A stretch of 64,000 bases of DNA, taken from positions 15,655 to 79,654 of IMG/VR virus record IMGVR_UViG_3300042303_000421; one strand, written 5' to 3'. Positions 18,779 through 30,400 of this stretch are shown here, piece by piece (positions within the stretch are counted from its first letter, which is position 1; the number at the start of each line of letters is the position of its first letter). The notes beneath the pieces are model-generated. The model was not told the DNA's origin. It did no database searches and worked only from the letters and a program-made list of their open reading frames with translations. Position numbers and translations under genes: made by a program. The DNA comes from a virus.

Positions 18779-21700
18779 TGAATAAAGCAACAAAAATTAC
18801 GTATAATGGTGGTATGAATAAAGATATTAGTAAATCTAAATTTCAACCACAATTTTATTTTGAAGGTAAAAATATACGAATTATTGCAACTGATTCACAA
18901 AGTACAGGTTCTGTAACTAATGAAAAAGGTAATAGTCTGATATTAGAATTACCAAGTATAGTAATTAATGACGGTGTTATTACATATGGTAATAAAACAT
19001 TATTATATACTACAAATGAATTAACAAATTCAACATCTACAGAACAAGTAATTATAGGACATTCTTATAATAGAGAATGTTTTATATTATTTACAACAGA
19101 TAATAATGGTATTGATTGTATTTGGAAATTAAATGAAAGTGATTTTGATTTAAGATTACTTTATGTAAGAAATTTAAATTTTTCTTCTAATTATCCAATA
19201 TGGGCATTATCAAATTTTGAAAATAAAAAAATTGATAAAGTATATTGGGTAGATGGTGTAAATCAAATGAGATTTTTAAATATTAATCATTCTATATCAA
19301 ATGGAGATTTAGAACAATTAATAGATATACCTGTAACAACTATTAACCAAGTAAGTAATTTTAATTTATCACAACCTCAAATAACTGATAAATTAGTTGG
19401 AGGAAATCATACTTCAGGTATGATACAATATGCTTACAATTTATACAGAATTAATTCTTCTCAAACTAAAATTAGTCCTTTATCTGAATTAATATCTTTA
19501 GATAAAAGTACTTTAGGTGGTGGAGAAGTTAATGAAGTAGTAAGTACTACACCTATAATATATATACCAAGTATTGATAAAAATTATACTAATTTAAAAT
19601 TATATTCTATAAAATATACTTCTTATAATCAAATACCTGAAATTAGTTTACTTTTAGATACAGATATCACAAACAATGAAGATTTAACTTATTATGATGA
19701 TGGTAATATAATTCAAAATGTATCTTTAGAACAATTTACTTTTTTAGGTTCAGATATTATTATACCTAAACATATTAATTCTAAAGATAATAGATTATTT
19801 TCAGCAAATTATGAAGAAAAAAATTATAATATAGATCTTGATTGCAGAGCATATAGTTTTCAAGCATTAGGTAATTCAAAAGTAGTAGATAGATTTGAAA
19901 CAGTTGGTTCTAATCCATTATTTCCAATAGAAGAAATAACAATAGATTTTACTACTCCTAATTATGATTCTATTCCTTTAAATCATTCATCAATCAATAA
20001 AGATTATGATAAGTATAAATATACTAATAATGGTATTCAATTAGGTGGTGAAGGTAAATATTTAAAATATGAATTAAAAAGAAGACAAGATTTAACTTTA
20101 AAAGCAGATAATGTTTTTAAAGATAATGAAATATACAGAATAGGACTTCAATTTTATAATTTAAAAGGACAAATTAGTTTACCTAAATGGATTGCTGATT
20201 TTAAAACTCATCCTAATAATTTAGATCAATCTAATTTAAATGGATGGTTTTCTTATTTAGAAATAACATTAAAATCTGAATTTTACACATGGTTAAATGA
20301 TTCAAATAATTTTTTAACTGATGAAGGTAATTATGATGAAGAATTAAAACCTGTAGGTTATAAGATACTTAGAGCAGATAGAACTTTAAATGATAAAACT
20401 ATTATTTGTCAAGGTATTATAAATACAATGATGTCTATGGGTCGTCATGGTGGTGATGGATTTAATGTTAGTGATTTTGGAGAAAATTATGGACTAATTA
20501 ATACTAATAATGAAATTTCAGCAGACAATGGGTTAAAAATGCCTTCTTTAATGAGAAGAATAGATAGTTATTTATCTCCTATTCATGGTATGGATAATTA
20601 TTCTAAACTAGATAGACAAATTCCATTTCATCCTCAATCATCAGCATTAGATAGTTCTCCTTCAAATGAAGTTTATAAATCAACATCTTCTTCTGGATGG
20701 ATTAAAGATTTTTGGCAATATAATCATATGATGCAATTATTTTCTCCTGAAATATTATTTGATAATATTAATAACATTAATATAAATAGTAAATTAAAAA
20801 TAATAGGAGGAATAGAAAATAATAACAATGAATGGTGGTCACAACTTAGAAATCCAGAAACAAAAGAAACTGCTTATGAAGCTAAAGGAAGTAATTCATT
20901 AACTCCTTGGGATATTAAATGTTCAGAAACTTTAGGAACATTAGTTAAATCTATAGCAGATCCTTATCAAAATTTTAAATATGGATTAATAGCAACTAAT
21001 GAAGGATATACTCCTTTTAGTCAATATTTAAGAGAATATAAAGGAAACTTTAAAAGATCTTTAGCAAACACCAGTAATCCATATAATACATTAATTTTTG
21101 GAGGTAGAGAATATGATTTCTACGGAACACCAATAATAACAGAAAAAGGACAAGGAAGAACTGTTTATAATAATGATATAAATTATGCTTATTCAAATTC
21201 ATGGCAACCTATATTAACTGACGATAGTGTTAGTGCTCCTGCTGTAATTGGAGCTAATTCTTACGGAGCTAAAAATTTAACTTTTGTTTTGGGACTAGGA
21301 ACAAGTATTCTTCCAAAAAATAGAATTAATTATAAAAATCTTCATACTCATACTTTATTAACAGATCAAGATATTTCTTTAATAGGAGAAATTAAAATAC
21401 CAGAGATTCAAATATACATAGGAAATATATACGGAGGAAATACTTATGAATCTAAAAAAAGAACTAATTATATTGAAATAGGAGAATATATAAATATTAA
21501 CAATTCTAATATTATAATTTATAATCCTGGTGATACTTTTATAAATGATTTTAAATTTACAAAATTAGTAAAAACTGATGTTGAAAAATATGGAATAAAT
21601 ACAATGCAAACTACAGAAATTGTAAGTGTACGTATTGAAACTTCTGTAAATTTAAAAAATAGAAATGATTCAAGTATAGGAGCGTGGGATAGTATATTTC

Positions 21701-22851
21701 AAACTAGATATGATGATTTTCATAAATATAATAAAGTATATTCACAACAACCTAATTTATTTTTAAGAAAAGACTTAAATTATAATTTTAAAAAAGAAAA
21801 TATTTATGATGCTAATGTAATTGCTTCTAGTCTTAAATCTCCTGGAGAATTAATTGATAGTTGGACTAATTTACTTCCAAATGAAGTTCTTTCATTAGAT
21901 GGTAAATATGGACCTATTACACATCTACATAATTTTAAAGATGAACTTTATACTTTTCAAGATAATGGTGTAGCTTTTTTATCTATTAATCCTAGAGTAC
22001 AAGTACAAGGTTCAGATGGTATATCTGTAGAATTAGGTTCTGGTCAAGTATTACAAGAGTATAAATATATTAGTACAGATTCAGGTACATTAAATAAATG
22101 GTCAGTTGTAAATAGTCCACAAACATTTTATTTTTATGATTTAAATAATAAATCTATTAAAATGTTTAATAATGGAGCTAGTAAATTATCAGATATAAAA
22201 GGATTACATTCATTTTTACAAAATAATACTACTGATGGTTTATTAAAAAATAATAATCCTATTTTAAGAGCTGGTATAACATCAGGATATGATTATATTA
22301 ATAATGAGGCATTTATGACTTTTTTACAAGGAAATAAATCTTTTACTATTAATTATAATGAATTAACTCAAAGCTTTATAAGTTTGTATGATTACTTACC
22401 TAATATGTATATTAGTAAAGGTAATAACTTTTTAGTAACACATCCTAATAATAAAAAAATATATAAACAGTATGCTGGACAATACAATGTATACTTTGAT
22501 ACATATTATCCTTCTTATATAACTTTAATGTTAAATCCTGAAGCAGATTTAGATTGTGTATTTGATAATATTCAATTTAAATCAGAACTTTATTTAAATG
22601 ATATTGATCAACCTGATGAAACATTAACTAAGATTCAAGCTTATAATGAGTATCAAAACTCTGGTTTAATACCTTTAGAGTTGGGTAGAAATAAAAATCT
22701 TAGACGTAAGTTTAGAGATTGGCACGCATTAATACCTAGAGAAGGTAGAAATAGAATACGTAATCCTTGGGTTTATTTAAAATTACAATTAGATAATGAG
22801 GATAATTATAAGATGATTTTGCACGATATTATTTGTTACTATACAGTTTAA
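18778..22851 (+). CDS. Tail stabilisation / muzzle protein
   Basis: 1357 aa; GMNKDISKSK, NIRI, VTNEKGN, YWVDG.NQ.R, GDTF, DSWT, YGPI, RKFR.W, RIRNPW motifs. Confidence 0.85.
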   Translation: MNKATKITYNGGMNKDISKSKFQPQFYFEGKNIRIIATDSQSTGSVTNEKGNSLILELPSIVINDGVITYGNKTLLYTTNELTNSTSTEQVIIGHSYNRECFILFTTDNNGIDCIWKLNESDFDLRLLYVRNLNFSSNYPIWALSNFENKKIDKVYWVDGVNQMRFLNINHSISNGDLEQLIDIPVTTINQVSNFNLSQPQITDKLVGGNHTSGMIQYAYNLYRINSSQTKISPLSELISLDKSTLGGGEVNEVVSTTPIIYIPSIDKNYTNLKLYSIKYTSYNQIPEISLLLDTDITNNEDLTYYDDGNIIQNVSLEQFTFLGSDIIIPKHINSKDNRLFSANYEEKNYNIDLDCRAYSFQALGNSKVVDRFETVGSNPLFPIEEITIDFTTPNYDSIPLNHSSINKDYDKYKYTNNGIQLGGEGKYLKYELKRRQDLTLKADNVFKDNEIYRIGLQFYNLKGQISLPKWIADFKTHPNNLDQSNLNGWFSYLEITLKSEFYTWLNDSNNFLTDEGNYDEELKPVGYKILRADRTLNDKTIICQGIINTMMSMGRHGGDGFNVSDFGENYGLINTNNEISADNGLKMPSLMRRIDSYLSPIHGMDNYSKLDRQIPFHPQSSALDSSPSNEVYKSTSSSGWIKDFWQYNHMMQLFSPEILFDNINNININSKLKIIGGIENNNNEWWSQLRNPETKETAYEAKGSNSLTPWDIKCSETLGTLVKSIADPYQNFKYGLIATNEGYTPFSQYLREYKGNFKRSLANTSNPYNTLIFGGREYDFYGTPIITEKGQGRTVYNNDINYAYSNSWQPILTDDSVSAPAVIGANSYGAKNLTFVLGLGTSILPKNRINYKNLHTHTLLTDQDISLIGEIKIPEIQIYIGNIYGGNTYESKKRTNYIEIGEYININNSNIIIYNPGDTFINDFKFTKLVKTDVEKYGINTMQTTEIVSVRIETSVNLKNRNDSSIGAWDSIFQTRYDDFHKYNKVYSQQPNLFLRKDLNYNFKKENIYDANVIASSLKSPGELIDSWTNLLPNEVLSLDGKYGPITHLHNFKDELYTFQDNGVAFLSINPRVQVQGSDGISVELGSGQVLQEYKYISTDSGTLNKWSVVNSPQTFYFYDLNNKSIKMFNNGASKLSDIKGLHSFLQNNTTDGLLKNNNPILRAGITSGYDYINNEAFMTFLQGNKSFTINYNELTQSFISLYDYLPNMYISKGNNFLVTHPNNKKIYKQYAGQYNVYFDTYYPSYITLMLNPEADLDCVFDNIQFKSELYLNDIDQPDETLTKIQAYNEYQNSGLIPLELGRNKNLRRKFRDWHALIPREGRNRIRNPWVYLKLQLDNEDNYKMILHDIICYYTV

Positions 22852-22906
22852 TTATAAACTATTAATAAAATAAGTATAAAATATATTGTTAAATAATTGT
22901 GAAAAA

Positions 22907-22940
22907 TTAGGAAATATAGAAAATATTTTGTATATTTGTA
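22907..22940 (+). promoter_or_regulatory. Bacteroidota-type promoter
   Basis: TTAG 22907, 20-nt spacer, TATATTTG 22931-22938. Confidence 0.7.
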
Positions 22941-22957
22941 TAAATTATAAATAATTT

Positions 22958-23896
22958 ATGAAACAAGGAGTATATCAAATAAGAAATTTAGTAAATAAAA
23001 AAAGATATATCGGTAGTTCTATTGATTTAAATAAAAGAAAAGATGAGCATTTTTACTATCTTAGAAGAAATGCTCATCATAATATACATTTACAAAATTC
23101 TTTTAATGAATATGGTGAAAGTAAATTTTTATTTGAAACTATTGAATCTAATGATAATTTAGATAGAGATGAACTTTATGAATTAGAGCAGTTTTATATA
23201 GATTCTTTTAATTGGGAAAATCTTTATAATATAAATAAAGATGTTAAAAGTGGTGGTTCAGATGTATTATCTATTCCTATATTACTTTTAGATTTAAATC
23301 ATAATATTATAGAAGAATTTGAAAGTATTCAACAATGTAGTAGATTTTTAAATAAATCACAAATTAATTCTAATCGATTAAACAACAATACAATTATTTC
23401 TAATAATTATAGAATTGTAACTAAAGATTTTTATGATTCTGAAATAGAAGAAATTTTAAGTTGGAAAAATAAATTAGAAGAACAACTTGTTGAAGAAGAA
23501 AATCGTGAAGAATATAAAAGATTAAATAAAATAATTTATTTAGATTTAAATAATAAAACATATAGATTTGAAACATTAAAAGAAGCTGGAAATTTTGTAA
23601 ATCTTTCAAGTGAAAGAGTTAGACAAATACTTAATTCAGATTGGAAAATTAATCAAAAATATAAATTTTATAATTTGTGTGATAAAGAAACAAAATATCA
23701 AAATCAAAAAGAATTAGAAACATATTTACAAAATAAACCCATTAAAACAAAATATGATAAATATTACAAATTTGATGAAAAATCAAATGAATGGATAGTT
23801 TTTACAGAAGATGAAATTATTGCTAAAGTAGATAATGAACAAAAAGCTAAACTAATAAGTAAATATTTATTTAAAACATTACAAGAAGAAGAATAA
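22958..23896 (+). CDS. Free-standing GIY-YIG homing endonuclease
   Basis: GVYQIRN..N.KRYIGSS..L.KR..H, E.EQ, YNI; NUMOD1-like FESI..C / FETL.EA repeats. Confidence 0.88.
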   Translation: MKQGVYQIRNLVNKKRYIGSSIDLNKRKDEHFYYLRRNAHHNIHLQNSFNEYGESKFLFETIESNDNLDRDELYELEQFYIDSFNWENLYNINKDVKSGGSDVLSIPILLLDLNHNIIEEFESIQQCSRFLNKSQINSNRLNNNTIISNNYRIVTKDFYDSEIEEILSWKNKLEEQLVEEENREEYKRLNKIIYLDLNNKTYRFETLKEAGNFVNLSSERVRQILNSDWKINQKYKFYNLCDKETKYQNQKELETYLQNKPIKTKYDKYYKFDEKSNEWIVFTEDEIIAKVDNEQKAKLISKYLFKTLQEEE

Positions 23897-23902
23897 ACAC
23901 AC

Positions 23903-23937
23903 AAAGGGTAATTAAGTAAAATTAGTTACCCTTTTTT
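23903..23937 (+). terminator. Rho-independent terminator
   Basis: AAAGGGTAATTAA-GTAAAA-TTAGTTACCCTTTTTT. Confidence 0.75.
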
Positions 23938-23960
23938 AATATAAAATTTTTACTAACAAT

Positions 23961-25637
23961 ATGAACAAAATAACAACTTACAATGAAGGTGGTACACATT
24001 CCACTAACCCAAATGGTGGAATTCCTATGGGTACAAGTCCTGAAGGGGCACAAAATACTGTAGAGCAAGGAGAAGCTAGAATGGGTGATATGATATACTC
24101 TAATAGAATTCCTTTATCTCAAGAAGCTGTAGAAGCTGTAGGATTACCTCGTAAATTTGCAGGTAAAACTCCAGGTCAAATTATGTCTTTAATTGATAAA
24201 ACATTTAAAGATAGAAATGATCAGCCTTCACAAGCTACTAAAAAAGATATTGCTGATAAAGTTGCACAAGCTCAAGAGATGATTAAAGCTCAACAAGAAG
24301 CTATGCAAACACAATCACAAGAAGTACCTGATATGATGAATGGTGAAATACCTGAAGGTATGAATCAATTTGTACTTGGTGGTGATATAACACAAGGTAC
24401 ATTACCTTTAGGAGGTTTAGATGATTTAGCTGGAGGTTTAACTAGTTTAGCAACAGGTAATAAAGATCAAGCTTTAACTCAAGGTATAACAGGAGGACTT
24501 ACTTTAGCTGGTACAGCTATTGGTGGACCAGTTGGTGGATTTATAGGTAAAACAATTGCTGATATTGGAACAGGAATTATAAATGGAGAAAAAGCTAAAA
24601 AAGAAGCCCAAAAACAAGCAGTTGTTGATGCTAAAATATTAGGTTCACAATATACGTCTGATTTTGCATTAGGTGGTAATATGTATGAAGGTGAAGGTCC
24701 TTTAGGATTTCGTAAATCTACAAGTACAATACCTCAAGTTGGAGCACCAATTGGTAAAATACTACCAACTGTAATGAATCAAAATATTCGTAGACAAGTA
24801 ACACCAGTTAATTCATTAAAAGTTGATAATAAAACATTTACAGCTAATGGTCCTGTACTAACTGATAAAAGTCAATTACCTCAAATTGGACAATCTACTA
24901 CTACTGAAAATAAATTTAATTGGAAAAAAGTAGGAGATGAAGTTAAAAAAAATTATCCTCACGTATTAAGAGCTGCTCCAGTAGCAATGAATCTTGCAGA
25001 ATTAGCTAGACTTAAAAAGAATGGTTACGATAAAGTAAATCCTGTTTTAAATGATACTAGATTTAAACCTGAATATATTGATGAGAAATCATTAGTTAAT
25101 TTAGCTAATAGTGAAATGAATAATTCTATAAATGCAATTAGTCAAATGGGAGGTTCGCAAGGAGCTACTAGAAACGCTATAATTGCAGCAGGATTAAATA
25201 AAAATAAAGCTTTAAATCAAGCAATGATTGAAGCTCAAGGTAAAAATATAGCAACTAATCAATTTGGTCAACAATTTAATAATCAAAATACTGAAGCTAA
25301 TATAGCACGTACAGTAATGGCTGAAGATTTAACAGCTCGTAATAAAGGTGCTTATGAAACTAATAGAAGTAAATTAGTTGGTCAATTAGGTACAGATATA
25401 GGTTCTATTGGAAAAGAAGAAGTATTTAAAGATATTGCAGAAAATATGACAGGTTATACTTGGTTAGGAGAATATTTAAAAATAAATCCTAATGCTACTG
25501 AAGAAGAAGTAAAAGCTGCTGCACAAGAAGAAGTTAAAAAGAAAGGTACAACTTATTTTAAAAATAGACCTTCAATAGATACATCACCAATTACCACAGG
25601 AGCTTATGGTGGTAAAATGAAATTTAAAAAATATTAA
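23961..25637 (+). CDS. Ejection/cargo protein 1
   Basis: GGTH..NP.GGI..G...N.VE.GE N-terminal motif, Gly-zipper hydrophobic segment; no Cys. Confidence 0.7.
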   Translation: MNKITTYNEGGTHSTNPNGGIPMGTSPEGAQNTVEQGEARMGDMIYSNRIPLSQEAVEAVGLPRKFAGKTPGQIMSLIDKTFKDRNDQPSQATKKDIADKVAQAQEMIKAQQEAMQTQSQEVPDMMNGEIPEGMNQFVLGGDITQGTLPLGGLDDLAGGLTSLATGNKDQALTQGITGGLTLAGTAIGGPVGGFIGKTIADIGTGIINGEKAKKEAQKQAVVDAKILGSQYTSDFALGGNMYEGEGPLGFRKSTSTIPQVGAPIGKILPTVMNQNIRRQVTPVNSLKVDNKTFTANGPVLTDKSQLPQIGQSTTTENKFNWKKVGDEVKKNYPHVLRAAPVAMNLAELARLKKNGYDKVNPVLNDTRFKPEYIDEKSLVNLANSEMNNSINAISQMGGSQGATRNAIIAAGLNKNKALNQAMIEAQGKNIATNQFGQQFNNQNTEANIARTVMAEDLTARNKGAYETNRSKLVGQLGTDIGSIGKEEVFKDIAENMTGYTWLGEYLKINPNATEEEVKAAAQEEVKKKGTTYFKNRPSIDTSPITTGAYGGKMKFKKY

Positions 25638-25639
25638 TA

Positions 25640-27493
25640 ATGAATAGATATACAAATATGTCCGTTTCTGCATATGATCCGTTATCACTACAAGAAGTAT
25701 TAATGGCCCCAGTTATGAAACGTCAGCAACACGATCAAACTTCTGCTCAATTAGGTGCATTAGAAGCTGAATTAGCTAAAATAGATCCTTTAGATGTTCA
25801 TAATGAATATGCTAAAGCTGAAAGAGCTAAATTAGCTGATAAAATAAATCAACAAGCTGAGTTATTAAATAAACAAGGTTATACAAATAATACTAAAGGT
25901 GATTTATTAAAATTTAATAGAGAATTTCAAGAAACTATATCACCTACAGGTACAATAGGTCAAATAAATCAAGCAAAAGTAGTACACGATCAATTATACA
26001 AAGATTGGATGTCTACAGAAGAAGCTAAGAAAGCAGGACCTGAAGTAGCTACTCAACGTTGGTTAGAACATAGAAAAAAATATGCTGATGATTTTGGTCT
26101 TAATCAAAAAGTTAAACCAATTGGTCAAATGGTTGCTCCTAAATTTCAAGATTTAGAAGCAGATATAAAAGATTTTATGACAGGTTTAGGTGAAACAACT
26201 AAAGGTTGGATTACAAAAAACGGTTATGGTTTTGATGAAGGTCCTGAAGGTACTTTAATTATGGTTACAGAAACAGGTAAAAGAGTTACAAGTGATAATG
26301 TAAAACAAATTGAAAGTGCTACACAAAGACTTGCTGAAAAATGGATTAAAGAAAATGCACCAGGTCGTGAGTGGGCAGATTTTACAAGTACAGATAAAAA
26401 TTATATTATAAATCAAATTAATTTAGCTGCTGGTTCTAAAATTAAAACTAAAGTAGATGATTCTTTATCTACAGGTAGAACTTGGAAAGGTGATTTAAAG
26501 AAAAAAGAAGAAGAAAATTCCAATGTACCTTCAGTTACAGAACCTGTAGTTGAATTTAATAATAACAAAACAAATTTAGCTTCTTCTTTAAATAAATTAG
26601 GTCAATATAAACCTTCTGTAACAAATGTTAGAATTACTAGTACTGGTCCTGGAGGATTTAATACTAAGGAATCAGCTGCAAATGGTGTTTATACTGAAAA
26701 AGATTTAAGTAAATCTGAGTTAGAATATTATGATACTATGTATAATGCTATGAAAAATAGTGGTCAAATAGATGCTAAAGAACCTAAGTTTTCTAAAGCT
26801 AATGTTACTAAAATCCAGCAATATATTAAAAATACACAAAATTATTCTTTTTCTAATAAAATATTAAAACCTACAGCGGTAGATAATAATTTACAAAAAC
26901 CTTTAGTTTTTACATCTAAAAAAGGTACAGATATGAATACTCATCTTTTACAAGAAGTTTCTTCAGGTAGAAGAACTTTAATAGACAAAGATTCTCAAAA
27001 AACAATTGATTTATCTAAATATCCAAATTATAAAGTAGAATATGTAGGAATGGTTTCACCAGATAATGTTTTAACTAAAAATGATAAAACTACTTTTAAT
27101 GATGATTCTTTTGTTTTACCACATGTTGTACAAATTACATATAAAGAAGGTGGTGTAGAAAAAAGAAAAGAAGTTTACATGGATAGAGATTCTGAAGAAA
27201 TTAAAAAACCAGAATTTAAAGCTTCTAAAACAATTAAAAATATTACATTAAAAGGAAAACAAGCTCCTGGTTTAATTAATAAATATGAAGATAAAACTTT
27301 AAACGAAATTGGTTTAAAAGAAATTGAAAGTGTTTATGTAGCTGAACAAGATGGATATATTGTTAAATATAAAAAAGCTAATGGTGAAACCTATCAAGAA
27401 ACAGATGATAATGGTAATCCTTTAGTATTACCTTCTGAATATGTACAAAATCAAATTTATGAAATGTACGATAGAAGATTTAATAAAAAATAA
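25640..27493 (+). CDS. Ejection/cargo protein 2
   Basis: NRY......YDPLSLQE...P N-terminus; position; no Cys. Confidence 0.6.
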   Translation: MNRYTNMSVSAYDPLSLQEVLMAPVMKRQQHDQTSAQLGALEAELAKIDPLDVHNEYAKAERAKLADKINQQAELLNKQGYTNNTKGDLLKFNREFQETISPTGTIGQINQAKVVHDQLYKDWMSTEEAKKAGPEVATQRWLEHRKKYADDFGLNQKVKPIGQMVAPKFQDLEADIKDFMTGLGETTKGWITKNGYGFDEGPEGTLIMVTETGKRVTSDNVKQIESATQRLAEKWIKENAPGREWADFTSTDKNYIINQINLAAGSKIKTKVDDSLSTGRTWKGDLKKKEEENSNVPSVTEPVVEFNNNKTNLASSLNKLGQYKPSVTNVRITSTGPGGFNTKESAANGVYTEKDLSKSELEYYDTMYNAMKNSGQIDAKEPKFSKANVTKIQQYIKNTQNYSFSNKILKPTAVDNNLQKPLVFTSKKGTDMNTHLLQEVSSGRRTLIDKDSQKTIDLSKYPNYKVEYVGMVSPDNVLTKNDKTTFNDDSFVLPHVVQITYKEGGVEKRKEVYMDRDSEEIKKPEFKASKTIKNITLKGKQAPGLINKYEDKTLNEIGLKEIESVYVAEQDGYIVKYKKANGETYQETDDNGNPLVLPSEYVQNQIYEMYDRRFNKK

Positions 27494-27495
27494 TT

Positions 27496-30400
27496 ATGGA
27501 AAAAGAAAAAGAATTTGATCCTTTTAAAGTATTATCTAAATCTACATATGATCAAAAATTTACATCACCTATGTCTAAAACTACAGAAAGTGGTTCTGGA
27601 GACATGTATGGTTATAATGTTGGATTAGGTTCTTCTAAATATGATAAAAATTTATCTCCCACTACAAGTATTGAGTTTAATGATTTTGTAGATTCTTTAG
27701 AAGACTATAGATCTAAAAATCAACCCTGGATAGATAAAGCAGGTGCAGGTTTAGCTAGAGTAGGACTTAAAGTAGGTGTAGAATTAGCTAAAATGCCAGG
27801 ATTTATTGGTGGTGCAATAGCAGCTCCATTTGCTGAAGAAGGTCAAGGTTGGGAAACATTTGTTAATAATTCCTGGGTTAAATCATTAAATAATTTAAAT
27901 CAAAAAATTAATAATGAGTATTTACCTGTATATGTTAAAAAAGCTGTAGCAGAAGGTAATTTATGGGCAAATATTACATCTATTGATTTTTGGGCTACAG
28001 ATGGTGCTGATGGTATAGGATATATTGTATCTATGATGGCACCAGGAGCTATTTTAAAAGGAATTGGTGTAGGTAATAAATTAGCAAAACTTGGAGCAAA
28101 TGAAAAACTTTTAAAAGTTTTAAATAGAGCTGATCCTTTACTTTCTGCACAAAAAGGAGATGTTATTACTGCAACAATTGCAAATACTATGTTTGAATCT
28201 GCTGCTGAAGCAGGTAATGCTATGGAAAATTTTGATAAAACTAAAGATACTTTTATACAATCACAATTATCTAAAGGTTTAACCGCAGAAGAAGCAGAAC
28301 AAACATTTACTGAACAAAAAGCTAGATTAGGTAGAGATATATTTATAGCAAATACTGCTATTTTAATGGGTCCCAATGCTTTACAATCAAACATGTTATG
28401 GGGTCGTACAGTTAATAAAACAGCCACTGAAGTTTTTGATAAAAAAGGTACTTTATTACAAAACGTGATAAATCCTCAAATATATAAAAAAGTTAGTCGC
28501 AGACTTGGAGATATTGGTAAAGCAACAATTTCTGAAGGTTTATGGGAAGAAGGAATGCAGATGAGTGTTGAACATATGTTTACTAATTCAGCTAAAAAAG
28601 GTCAGTTAACTAATAATATGTTTAATGATTTTAATTTAGGAGAATTAGGTGATGCTTATTTAAATACTATCTCGTCTACTGAAGGTCTAAAAGCAATGTT
28701 TTTAGGAGCTTTTTTAGGTGGTGGTATGCAAGCATTTAGTGGAGGTAAACAAGATATTAGAGATAGAAAAGCAACACAATCATTATTAGATGTAGCACAT
28801 ACATCTATTGATAGTTATTATAAAGCTTTAACTGAAAATGTATATAATGAAGATGGTTCTGTTAATGTAACAAAAGCAAGATCTAAAGTAGCTGCTTTAA
28901 AAAACTTAGAAACTTTAGACGAAATGTATCAAAATGCATTAGCTAAAGGTGATTTTGAAGTTCTTGAAGAATTAAGAGATATTGCAGGTTCTCAACTTGC
29001 AATGGGTTTTATAATGAATGATAAATTAGGACTAGAAGTTTTAAGAAAGCATTTAGAAGAATCTACTCAATTAGAAGAAGTATTACAAAAAGAACAAGAG
29101 TTAGGTAATAAAGTTTCTAAAAAAGATATTGTAGAGCGTGTAATGTCTAAAGCAACTTTAATGGAAAACGCTTTAAGTAATTTTCAAAAGTTTGCACCAT
29201 CATTATATAATCCTACATTTAAAGATGAATCTTTAACTGAAGAAGTTAAACAACAAAAAACACAAGAGTTTAGAAAGGTTTTAGCACAAAATTATTTAAC
29301 TAATAAAGTAGTTAAAGATATTTATAATAAAAAAATTAAAGAACTCGAAAAAGATAAAGCTCAAATATTAGCAGATTTAGGTTATTCATCTAGTGTCAAT
29401 TTAGATTTAGATAATTATACTGTTGATATAGAACAAGCAAATAAAGTTGATAAAGATGTTTTAGAAACTTCTGATGAGCGTTTACGTAAAGTAACAGAAG
29501 ATTTAAAAGAATTAAAAGAAGAATTTCAACAAGTTGATAAATTAGATAAATTATTTTGGAATAAAGAAAGAATTCAAAAAGATTTTGATAAATATAACAA
29601 TCAAGTTAAAAAAGATGAGAAAGCTGTTACACCTGAAAAATTAGAACAATATGATTCAGTATTAGGTGAAATCGCAGAAATAGAATCAATTAAAGAACTT
29701 GAAAGTTATGCTAGAAATCTTAAAGAAGAATATCAGACAAATCCTGTAATACTTGATAAGTTAGCTGAACATAAAGTAGCTTTAGAAACAGCATTAGAAC
29801 TTAAAAAAGCAAAAGAAGAAGCTGATGTAATTCAAGAAGATGAAGAACAATTTGAACAAGATGAAGTTATTGGTACTACTACAGTTAATACTGATACTAA
29901 AAGTGCTACAGATATAACAATTGTTACAGATTTAGAAACATTACAAAATTCTGAAACTTCAGAAGTAGAAGATACTATTGAAGATCCTAATAATTTTTTA
30001 GAATTAAAAGAAAATACAAATCCTGAATTTTCAGATAAAAATCAAAGTGCTGCTAGAATTATTAGTACTTATCAAGATACTGGTGAATCAATTCCAGGAT
30101 TAGAATCATTTGTAGAATATGAAAAAGAAACACGAAATAAAACAAATGATAAAGTTACATTTAGTTTAGGTGATTTAACACAACAAAAACAAGATCAATT
30201 AATGAGTTCCATATTAGATAAATTAAAAAATGATGGTACATTAAATGATAAACAAATTGAAATGTTAGAAAATTATTTACTTATTAAAGTTACACTTTCA
30301 AATGGTACTAAATCAGCATCATCTTTTATAGATTCAATGTCACATCCTAATCCTGATATAGTAACTAGAGAAACATTACCTTTACGTAAAGCTATTATAA

